Shown: positions 53,648 through 64,000 of the stretch, in pieces
How the letters are laid out: each line of letters begins with the position of its first letter
Numbering within the stretch: the stretch's first letter is position 1
NCBI GenBank assembly: GCA_951406725.2
Contig: OX597826.1
Span: 54,498,001 to 54,562,000 of the forward strand
From: Octopus vulgaris
Taxonomy: Eukaryota
Length of the DNA: 64,000 nucleotides
Direction: 5' to 3'
Notes under the pieces: generated by a model
The model's input: the letters and a program-made list of their open reading frames with translations, nothing else
Database searches by the model: none
What the model was told of the DNA's origin: nothing
Made by a program: the position numbers and the translations under genes

Positions 53648-53790
53648 CCCTGACCGTCCAGTAGTTAGAAACCCCACACTGTGGACGTGGTAAACCAGGT
53701 CCGATTCCTGATCTCGACAGGTTGCTAAATTTTTTAACGATGGTGCCAGAGCATGACCGCTGCTTTAACGTTGAAAAGAGTTAAAGAGTA
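53648..53790 (+). mobile_element. Short tRNA-His-like SINE with a family-1-type tail
   Basis: Head gccctgaccgtccagtagttag..ccacactGTGgacgtgg..caggtccgattcctg and tail gatggtgccagagcatgaccgc..tgaaaagagttaaagagta. Confidence 0.6.
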
Positions 53791-54228
53791 TATATATATA
53801 TACCCAAACACATATGCACTCATAATCTGTCACACACATAATCTGTCTTCGTCTTCTTTTTCAGCTGTAACCATTTTATATTCTTCCCCAGCTGAAGCTC
53901 TCTTCGATAAATACGCGTTGTGCTTTATCTAATGCTTACATACAGTTCTGTTCAAAATGTTTATAACAACACAAAGCCTATCTTTGTTTGTATTAGTTCC
54001 TTTATCAGCAAACTGCTGGAAGATGCAGATGATGATAGCTTGTCTATTACGTGACAGAAAATTTTACTTATCCTGGGCTGGGTGTCTTAAGTTTTCAACA
54101 GGTACCTTCATTGTCACATTCTCGTTTTCTCTAGATTAACAATTAAATGGCTGTACTCGGTTGAAAAAAAAAATCAAAATGTGATTATTGCAAAGTTTTC
54201 TCCTCTTCCCGTTTCTCTTGTTTATCAG

Positions 54229-54243
54229 CTGATGATATATTTG
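54229..54243 (+). CDS. Candidate 15-nt symmetric microexon
   Basis: ttttctcctcttcccgtttctcttgtttatcAG|ctgatgatatatttg|GTAAGT. It reads (x)DDIF(x) or LMIYL. Confidence 0.55.
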
Positions 54244-54439
54244 GTAAGTGATATTATCTTCCTGGTTAGTCGTTTATCTGATTGTGTATTGTGACGTTCG
54301 TGGTATTTGGAATATTTGTACTGGAAAACCTTTGAAATCTCTCTCTCTCTCTCTCTCGCTGTCAGTCTGCCTATCTGTCAACGCCTGTATGAATGTCTAT
54401 ATATATACATATATGTGTGTATATGCGCACCACGCACGC

Positions 54440-54501
<62 letters not shown>

Positions 54502-54651
54502 ACACACACACACACATTTCTGCATGTATGTTTGTGTATGTATATGTAGAAATCAATATATAATATCCAGCAAGCTACAGAAACATGTAAAAGAATAAAA
54601 AGAATGCACATACACACATATAGATGTATGTGTACGTATATGTATAAATGA

Positions 54652-54706
<55 letters not shown>

Positions 54707-55078
54707 AGGCGCAATGATCTAGTGGTTAGAGCAGCGGATTCACATTCGTAGGATCGCAGTTTCGATTCCCAGACCGGGCGTTGTGTTTACTGATTGAAAA
54801 TACGTAAAGCTCCATGAGGCTCCAGCAGGGAGTGGTGGCGAACCTTGCTGTACTCTTTCACCACAACTTTCTCTCACTCTTTCTTCCTGTTTCTGTTGTA
54901 CCTGTATTTCAAAGGGCCAGCCTTGTCACACTCTGTGTCATGCTGAATATCCCTGAGAACTACGTTAAGGGTACATGTGTCTGTGGAGTGCTCAGCCACT
55001 TGCACGTTAATTTCACGAGCAGGCTGTTCTACTAATCGGATCAACTGGAACCCTCATCGTCGTAACCGACGGAGTGCC
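54707..55078 (+). mobile_element. tRNA-derived SINE family 4
   Basis: Head ggcgcaatgatctagtggttagagc..agtttcgattccc with a distinct ~300 bp body. Confidence 0.75.
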
Positions 55079-55090
55079 GTAGTATATATA

Positions 55091-55192
55091 TGAGGAGTGT
55101 ATGAAAAGTTCTGATCCTTCAAAGCCTTTGAGCCTTGAAGCCTTGTACTATGTTTTGTTTTTCGAAGCTCAAGACTTTTCGTACACCCCTCG
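55091..55192. mobile_element. ~100 bp mariner-type MITE
   Basis: TA-tgaggagtgtatgaaaagtt ... gacttttcgtacacccctcg-TA. Confidence 0.75.
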
Positions 55193-55195
55193 TAT

Positions 55196-55294
<99 letters not shown>

Positions 55295-56613
55295 AATATA
55301 AGCATAAAATTATATTATTCGTAACCACCTCAATGTGCTTGTCCGTTCGAACGGACTCTACTGCGGTTTTTTAACCCCAAGAGGACATCTACTCTCGGTG
55401 GTTAACGATGCAGAGATGCCTCTGATAAATTGTGAGCAAGGGACCGAACTCCTACTAACTCCTGGAAACGAGACCGGCAGACATAGCCCTTGTTTCGAGC
55501 TATTTCTGCCACTCTACGGTGCTGGACACTTCGTCTGCTAGAGATGGCAGTGGCTCGCCTCTACTCGCAGTTATATATTTCAAGCGAACACAGTCGCTGA
55601 TTTTGCATCTAAAATCTCTCTAAGAGATGGACGCAGTAGTTGTACTGACAAGTAATATTCGTGGCCACTTCAACATGGCTGTCTGGTCGAACTATACATA
55701 TAGCTTGATTCTTTCAATCATATGTTTACTCGACTAGAGCTGACCTGCTAAAAATAGCAGCCAAATCTCTCTCAAATGTTCACATTAATATCTTTGCAAA
55801 AATGACACTTTGCATTTCAACCTGATTTCTTGCACACAGGAAAAAGACGGGGTGGTTACGGTTGGAATGTCTTTGATCATAGGTCTATTTGACGTGGACT
55901 GATTTGACTTCTGGTAAAACAGCAACTATGCCGGACTAGATGGCTTACGATATTTGTTCGGGATATTTGCATTTTGAGTTCAAATCTTACTGAGATGGCA
56001 TCAATGCAGAAAATACCTGGTTAGGACAGTAGAGTGGAGGAAATGTTAAAGAGCATTGAGCATGATACCACGCGGTATTTATTCAGGGCCTTTGCCTCCC
56101 GAGTTCAAATCTCGTTTTGATTTGCCTGAATGGTAGTCTTAGAATGTTACCCGGCTAAACATCACTAACTGAGATCTTGGCTATTTTTGGTCATGTTTCT
56201 GGTCTGAGGATAACTTTCTGTTTCCCTTCCACCAATCTCGGTTTCCCTGTAAAGGATTATGACTGATGCTTTCTCTTTTGACTCAGAGATTAAGAAAAAA
56301 ATAGTGATGCGGCGCTTTAGCCCCACTGGTCAGGTAAACCCTTGTCGAGTAAAAGTATGAATAAAACCATTGCAGCAGTAAACATCCAGTCCTTTCCCTA
56401 TGTATAAAATAAACATATATCTTTTCTGAAGATATTAATGTGGGTATTTATGGAAAATTTGGTTGGTGTTTTTGGCAGATAGATCGATACCGAAGTTGTT
56501 CTTACTTGGTTCGGTTTGATGTAACTGAATTTTTTGATTATTTGCTGAGCGATGACAGAGTGAAGGGAGAGAGAAAAAGGGAGGGGGAGAGAGAGGGAGA
56601 TAGAGATAGATGG

Positions 56614-56688
<75 letters not shown>

Positions 56689-56854
56689 AAGCGTGAGTAG
56701 TAGTCTACGGTTTCACTCTTTCTCTTCCACAACCACCATTATGAAAGAACCTCTAAAAGTCATGCAAGCTATCCTTCATCCTTTGTCAACGTCCTAAAAC
56801 AAATGCATTCACACACTCACACACACACGCAAACACACACACACATCTGTACAC

Positions 56855-57005
56855 AGTTGAAATTTACAGAAAAACAAAAGACGAAGACAGGTTTATAAAC
56901 AACAAGCAGGTGTATTAGTTTGACGTTCGGGAATGTGAGAAAGCCTTTTACGTTTCGGGCCTACGCTCTTCGACAGAAAGGAACACGAAGAAATAAACAG
57001 TAAGA
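56855..57005 (-). mobile_element. Penelope-like terminal unit with a variant hammerhead
   Basis: Reverse complement of 56944-56981: ccttt-CTGTCGA-agagc(gtag)gccc-GAAA-cg-TA-aaagg. Confidence 0.6.
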
Positions 57006-57013
57006 GAATAATG

Positions 57014-57088
<75 letters not shown>

Positions 57089-57224
57089 CTTGTGGATTTA
57101 GCAGTCACATACACACATACACGCACACACACACACACACACACACAGTGTGTTTTCCCAGACTTTCAGTCTTCAACGTTTCACTCAAATGTCATTGGTT
57201 GACCAGAAGCTTAATATGTTGGTT

Positions 57225-57402
57225 CCAAATTTTGGTACAAGACAATCAGTTTCGGAGTATAGATCAGCCGATACTTATCGACTTTGATATTATGAAAGGC
57301 AAAGTCGACCACGGCAGAATTTGAACTCAGAACATAAAGACGGATAAAATGCTGCTAAACGTTTTACCTTGAATGCTAATGATACTGCCAGCCCGCCGCC
57401 TT
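57225..57402 (-). mobile_element. SINE family 2 type B
   Basis: atgaaaggcaaagtcgaccacggcagaatttgaactcagaac..ctgccagcccgccgcct. Confidence 0.8.
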
Positions 57403-58209
57403 ACACTGAAACTTAAATATTAGGCCAAGACACATGGCAAACCGTCACACAACGGATCGAACCCGGCTCCGTGTTTCTCAGAATCGTGCCACATAACTGC
57501 ACAACCATGACAATGCACTGTGCAGGGAAATATAATCCACTTTTGTACGTTCATTATACTTAAACTAACAAAGAAGAAATAATACAACAGAGTAACACCT
57601 CAGTATAGAGATCTTGTGTCAGATATAGCTAGATGCCGTCTCAATGCAAAACTTGCATGTACATATGCATATATATATATATATGTGTCTCTGTGTGTAT
57701 ATGTATATGTATATATGTATTTATGCATGTATATACGTATTATGTATATACGTATTATGCATGTATATATACATGTATATATGTATTTATGCATATATAT
57801 ATATATATACACGGCACACCTTCATCATATCTTCATCATACACATATACATGAAAGCACACGCACACAAGCATATTTATATACATATACAAAATTTTAAT
57901 GTTCGTGTGCGCGTGAATGGGAATGAGTGTGTGTGCGAGCGTGTGCGTGTGTGTGCGAGCGTGTGCGTGTGTGTGTGAGAGAGAGAAAAAGAGAGAGGGA
58001 GAGAGAGAGAGCATGTGTGTAATCAAAGATCTGTATAGAGAACGCGTAATTTAATATGAGATAAATATAATTCGATAAATGGGAAATATAATTTAATGAT
58101 CAAACTAGCAAGATGTAATGAATAAAACATAGGAAAAAAAAATTTGAAGGGTAACAGCGAAAGAATGCAACAGTTGTAGCGTCAGCAAGAGCAATGGCAA
58201 CATATGCAA

Positions 58210-58238
58210 TAGTAGTAGTGGTAGTAGTAGAAGAAGTG

Positions 58239-58305
<67 letters not shown>

Positions 58306-58528
58306 AAGGAGAAGAAGAAGAAGAAGAAGAAGAAGAAGGAGAAGAAGAAGAAGAAGGAGAAGAAGGAGAAGAAGGAGAAAAGGATAAGAGAAAGAAGAAG
58401 AAGAAGAAGAAGAAGAAGAAGGAGGAGGAGGAGGAGGAGGAGGAGAAGAAGAAGAAGAAGAAGAAGAAGAAGAAGAAGAAGAAGAAGAAGAAGAAGAAGA
58501 AGAAGAAGAAGAAGAAGAAGAAGAAGAA
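58210..58528. repeat. (TAG)n-(GAA/GGA)n purine-rich compound microsatellite
   Basis: Direct reading. Confidence 0.95.
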
Positions 58529-58598
58529 GGGTACCTTTTCTGCTATCACTACCACCATAATCAACAAGAACTCGTACAGCAAGTCATAGCAACAGTAG

Positions 58599-58654
<56 letters not shown>

Positions 58655-58840
58655 GTAGTAGTAGTAGTAGTAGTAGCAGTGATAGTAGAACAGTAGCTCT
58701 ACTGCAATCAGCATCATCGGTATCAACATTATCATCATCGACAACAACATTACTACAATAATATTTGAACTAAATTTAAACTGTAAAAGATGTCTGTCAC
58801 CTTAAAACACAAAACAAAAGTGCTACTACTACTACTACTT

Positions 58841-58897
<57 letters not shown>

Positions 58898-59331
58898 GTA
58901 TCTACCTGCTGCTTGTTACTGCTGTCGTCAATGCCAAACTACGACAGAAGTTCCAATGATTTTGTTGTGGAATGGTTGGGTAACCTGAAGTAAGCGATGG
59001 AGCGTGTTCACAGCGCGTCTGGTGTACCTCTGATATGAATCACCAAGGATTTTGTATTAAAGTCAGAATGTCTGTTACAGAAGCGACGGAGGAATTGAGT
59101 AGAAGGAAGTGACATATTTTGCGTAGATAGTAGTGGGGAGACAAATCGAAGAAGGAAAAGAAAAATCAGTTGGTTCGTAGTTGGCAGCGGTGAAGAAACG
59201 GAAATGTTGGGGGGGGGGGGTGTCTTATCAAAGATACTAAGAGCGGCGTCTGAGATACTGTGGAGAGTTTTAACAAAAGGCTTGACAGATGTGAGCGAGA
59301 CTTTTGGTGCGGGTGGTACTAGACGAATTGA

Positions 59332-59559
59332 AGGCGGCAAGCTGGCAGAAACGTTAGCACGCCGGGCAAAATGGGTAGCCGTATTTCGTTTGCCGTTACG
59401 TTCTGAGTTCAATTTTCGCCGAGTTCGACTTTGCCTTTCATCCTTTCGGGGTCGATAAATTAAGTACCAGTTACGCACTGGGGTCGATGTAATCGACTTG
59501 ATCTGTTTGTCTGTCTTTGTCCTCTCTGTGTTTAGCCCCCTGATGGTAGTAAAGAAATA
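59332..59559 (+). mobile_element. SINE family 2 type A, full length
   Basis: ggcggcaagctggcagaaacgttagc...gtagtaaagaaata, flanked by ggtactagacgaa (59315 and 59560; a third copy at 59580). Confidence 0.92.
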
Positions 59560-59721
59560 GGTACTAGACGAAAAATCGTGGTACTAGACGAAATTCTGGA
59601 TCCGAATGAAACACATAGATAAGCGAATTGACACGATTTGTGTGCACTCTAGTGAACTAGGCAACGCCTGCTAACTGAAGTTGGAATTTACCAAGAGGGA
59701 AGCGAAGTTTGATATTTAGTT

Positions 59722-60077
59722 CTTTTCCTTTAGTTGTTTCAATCATTGGACAGCGGCCATGATGGTGTAGCTCCTTGAAGCGGTTCAGTCTAACAAAGCG
59801 ACTGCATTACTTAGTGTTTTAAGCGTGTACTTATTCTATGGTTACTTTGACGAACTGTTAAGTTTAAAAAATATAAACAAACCAGCACAAGCTGTCAACC
59901 AACACATGCACACATATATGCATTTGTACAACGTGCTTCTTTCAGTTTTCATTTACGAAATCCACTGACAAGATTTAGGTCAGTTTGGTGCTATAGAAGT
60001 CCCTGAAACTGTCGCGCATTGGGACTGAACCAGGGAGTATGTGGTTGAAAGCAACGCTCTTACCATACAACCACGCC
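59722..60077 (-). mobile_element. SINE family 1, old copy
   Basis: gcggccatgatgg..tacttattctat..gggactgaaccaggg..taccatacaaccacgcc. Confidence 0.75.
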
Positions 60078-60767
60078 AGAAAAGACATTATAACAAAACA
60101 TGAGAGCAAATTCAATGAAATGATGCTGTGTCGCGATGATGGTCTCCGAGACTGCGTAGGTGGTGAAAATATCCTGTCAACTTACAGGATTGGTGCGCTT
60201 GACAGTGCAAAGACATTTTACGTCCAAGGTAGAGAAGAACTGGGAGATTGCCGTTGAAAGAAGGTACTTGAAAAGGCGAAGACTGTGTTTTCAGACATTA
60301 CAACGTCATATCTGCGAAGAGAACTTCTTAACCAGACGATTAGGGTTGTTCCCAGTTGATTGGCAAACATATACGACAAAAGACACAGAGAATAAAAGAA
60401 ACGTCCAGAAAATATGAACGTATTATGTCGATAGAAATACAAAACTTTCCAATAGAAATTAAGAATTCTTAAGACATTTTGGACGTTGTCTATTGGCAGA
60501 CAGATCAAGTGAACTTTGTGACATTTTCTTGTCAAAGTCATTCATCAATTATCACTAGGTGATATACATACATACATACATACATACATACATACATACA
60601 TACATACATACATACATACATACATACATACATACTTACATATAAACACACAGACACACAGAGACAGACACACATATACGCACACACCCACACGCAAACA
60701 CACAAACACTCACACGTATATGTATATGTGTACAAGTGTGTGTGTGTGTGTACATATATATATATAA

Positions 60768-61163
60768 GGACGGTGACCTGGGAGAATCGTTAGCGCACTG
60801 GACGAAATGCTTAGCGGTATTTCGTCTGCCGCTACGTTCTGAGTTCAAATTCCGCCGAGGTCGACTTTACTTTTCATCCTTTCGGGGTCGATTAAATAAG
60901 TACCAGTTACACAGTGGGGTCGATATAATCGACTTAATCCGTTTGTCTGTCTTTGTTTGTCCCCTCTGTGTTTAGCCCCTTGTGGGTAGTAAAGAAATAG
61001 GTATTTCGTCCATCGCTACGCTCCGAGTTCAAATTCTGTCGAGGTCAACTTTGCCTTTCATCATTTTGTGGTCAGCGAAGTAAGTTCCATTGAAACACTG
61101 GGATCGATGCAATTGACTAGTTTCCCCACCTAAAATTTCAGGCCTTGTGCCTATAGTAGAAAG

Positions 61164-61165
<2 letters not shown>
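60768..61165 (+). mobile_element. SINE family 2 composite (type A joined into type B)
   Basis: Same junction as at 11592: gtagtaaagaaata|ggtatttcgtc at 60999/61000. Confidence 0.9.
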
Positions 61166-61212
<47 letters not shown>

Positions 61213-61627
61213 GTATATCAATATAAAACTATACACACACATACATATATATGAAAAGAGAAATAGAGAGAGGTTGATACAAAAGAAGAGCGAGAAAAAA
61301 AACGAATGGCAAGACATGATAGGTTCACGATCAAAATTATTAGGTCGGCGTTCAGAAAAGTGGAAAGATGTAATACTGACGTTTCGGATAATCTTTCATC
61401 TTCAAGATGGACACAACAGGACCTGTGACAAGCAAAATATAAAGATATCAATAGAAGACGAAATGTCCAGGTGAAATTGTCCTTGCGGGATGTTCAGTTT
61501 ACGTATTTCCCAATGAATCATGGGAAGTAGGAAGTATACTAGCCAGGTTTGGTGTTTAAAGCCATGAATGAAAAAGATAGCTGTGGTGTTGCTTTCTCGA
61601 GTAACTGTTATTTTCCCTATACACTTA

Positions 61628-61811
61628 AGGCAGCGAAATGCTTAGCGATATTTCGTCTGTCTTTATGTTCTGAGTTCAAATTCTGCCGATGTTGACTTTA
61701 GCTTTCATCCTTTCGGGGTCGAAAAATTAAGTAGCTGTTGCGTACTGGGGTCGATCTAATCGACTGGCCCCTTCCCCCCAAATTTCGGGCCTTGTGCCCA
61801 GAGTAGAAAAG
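61628..61811 (+). mobile_element. SINE family 2 type B
   Basis: gcgaaatgcttagcg..gagttcaaattc..ttcatcctttcggggtcg..gggccttgtgcccagagtagaaaa. Confidence 0.88.
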
Positions 61812-61901
61812 TGTATACATGTTATAGCTATTAATTGTTAATGTTACTTCTAATGGCTGGTTTCTTACAAAGGCTCAAGTTCAAAGATTTTAGGGACTGA
61901 C

Positions 61902-62065
61902 AGAATCGAATCGTTAGCACGACGGATAAAATGAATTGAGGTGACGTTCTGAGTTCAAATTCTGCCGGGGTCTATAAAATAAGTACCGCTTGAGTACTGG
62001 AGAAGATGTAATCGAATAGACCCCACCAACAAATTTTCAGGCCTTCTGCCAATAGATAGAAAAGA
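61902..62065 (+). mobile_element. SINE family 2 type B, internally deleted
   Basis: gaatcgttagcac..gttctgagttcaaattctgccgggg..aagtacc..caggccttctgcc. Confidence 0.75.
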
Positions 62066-62139
62066 AATTAATTCTAGATCTATCTGTTTCGAGTTTATAA
62101 ATTGTTATGATGTACTCACTTAATATATTTATATTTAAA

Positions 62140-62549
62140 CTAGCAGCTAAGCCCGGTTTCACCCGGTCTGTTTGGAAGATGTGGTTGTGATCGTTTTCGG
62201 TTAGGCATAATCTATAACAGCGTTTCTCAACCTTATCATTTCGGGTCCCCTGTTTCGATTGGAGCCTCCACCTGTATAAAAATTTCCTGACCCCACCCCG
62301 TCAGAAAACAGCTTCTAAGCAACTGGTTGTTTTAATGGCGGAAGAAAGAGGGGAATTCCATTAGAAAATGTTTTACTCCATTTTCTCGCTAGGTATGGGG
62401 GCTCGGAAAAAAATACAAACCGCATTCCAACTTATGCACCCGTCTTCACATGTGTGCCATTTTTCACGCGAATCCACCCAGCCGTTTGGCTGTGAACCTC
62501 AAGACAAGAAAGAATACAACGATCGCCCATTTCCAATTTATATTATAGA
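62140..62549 (-). mobile_element. Non-autonomous Helitron
   Basis: The minus strand starts A|TCTATAATA and ends with hairpin ccgggtgaaaccggg then gcTAG|T. This gives 5'-TC, 3'-CTAG and an A/T target. Confidence 0.8.
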
Positions 62550-63056
62550 TATATTAGATGATCGTTCCAGAATTGAAACCGTTACGATGTCTCCACTTCA
62601 CGTGGCACTATCGCCTTACCAATTTTTGTACCTCAGAAATATATCTCTTCATCACCAACAGATCTAAATTACAATAATTCCATACTAATTATTTTGGACG
62701 AACGGACAAGTTTAGTTCGTCCGTCTGGCGCATTATAAAAGTAAGACCATTACCTAGTTGCTGTAGTGGTTGTTGTTGTGTTTGTTGTTGTGGTGATGAC
62801 ACTTTTTCTTTGTATTTTATTTTGGTTGTTTGTTCTTGGTACTTTTTTTTGTTGTTGTGGACGCTTTTGTTGCTTGTGATGTTTTTAGAAAAAAAATTAA
62901 AAGGAAAAAAATACACCAGGAAAAATGTCGGAAAGTAAACTACATTATATTTTAATTTCAATTGTGTTGTGTTGTGTGTGTTTGTGTGTGTATATATGAG
63001 TGTGAATATATGTATGTGTATGTATGTATGTATGTATGTACGTATGTGAACGCACT

Positions 63057-63096
<40 letters not shown>

Positions 63097-63171
63097 CACA
63101 CATTCACATATATATAATCATATATGCATATACATACATACATACACACATACATACTTTTATACATACAT

Positions 63172-63202
<31 letters not shown>

Positions 63203-63449
63203 CATTTATACGTAAACACACACACACGCACACACATATATATATTGACATACATATATATTTAATACACGTCTATACATTTACGAAAGGAAGATATATA
63301 TTATACACACATACATAACATACATATATATATGCATACGTGTATAGTTGTACATATACCTATATATCTTATACACCTATACACATATACATATGTGCGA
63401 ATGTATATACACATAGGCACATACATATATGCATATACATATATACATG

Positions 63450-63521
<72 letters not shown>

Positions 63522-64000
63522 GTGCGTGCGTGGGAGCGCGCTTGCTCGCACGCTTGCTTTATTATTTTATTATCGTCGTCACAAAATGCAACGCTCTGAA
63601 GGGCAAAAAAAAAAGACAAAACAAAAACAAAAACAATAAAAAACAAAAAGAAATTGCTCAGAAAAATTAAGATGCTATGAAATAAACTAAACCAAAACAA
63701 AATAGGCAAACAAATATAACGTCTACAAAGATTCTCAAACAAACACACACAGAGACACATAAACAAACAAAGATCCACAAATTTGTCTGCCAATTAAATC
63801 AAAGAAAATTATTTTTAAAAAAAATGTTTAAAAGAACTAAAAACACACCCCCATCAAAATGGTATGATTTTAAATACAAATAGAAATTGTATGTATATAA
63901 AATATGTCGTGTTTTAGAATTCTTTTAGAGAGAGAGTTTTATAAAAAAATATATATATGTATATTTTAAGAAAATAGCTTTGTTTTACTATCTTGGTTTT

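Noticed and set aside
53648-53720. Functional tRNA-His gene
   Set aside because: The acceptor stem and T-loop are mutated (ggtccga) and it is fused to a SINE tail.
55330-55690. Possible RTE C-terminal remnant on the minus strand
   Set aside because: It needs several assumed frameshifts.
60100-60420. Possible Tc1 HTH remnant
   Set aside because: No TIR or catalytic motif was found.
61370-61410. Hammerhead-like TTGAAGA...GAAACGTC on the minus strand
   Set aside because: Stems I and II do not pair convincingly.

Overview
AT-rich, microsatellite-saturated eukaryotic DNA with no intact long gene. The repeat content is what I recall from octopod cephalopod (Octopus-like) genomes; this is inferred, not searched. 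Nearly all ORFs in the track are translations of simple repeats. The recognisable content is decayed mobile DNA: four or five tRNA-derived SINE families (more than 30 copies), 3' fragments of R4/Dong-like, Tx1/L1-like, CR1-like and RTE-like LINEs, and Penelope-like elements with hammerhead-ribozyme motifs. There is also a rosa (DD41D) foldback element, mariner MITEs and two Helitron/Helentron non-autonomous elements. Two well-formed plus-strand microexon candidates (20 nt and 15 nt) and weaker exon candidates suggest the window lies in the long introns of a host gene. The best leads are: (i) a SINE subfamily whose 3' end matches a Tx1-like LINE end and which sits twice at the same site inside older relatives; (ii) the microexons; (iii) canonical and variant minimal hammerheads; (iv) a (TAA)n array stacked with distinct R4/Dong-like ends. 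Coordinates were read by eye and may be off by a few bases. Family names come from motif recall.
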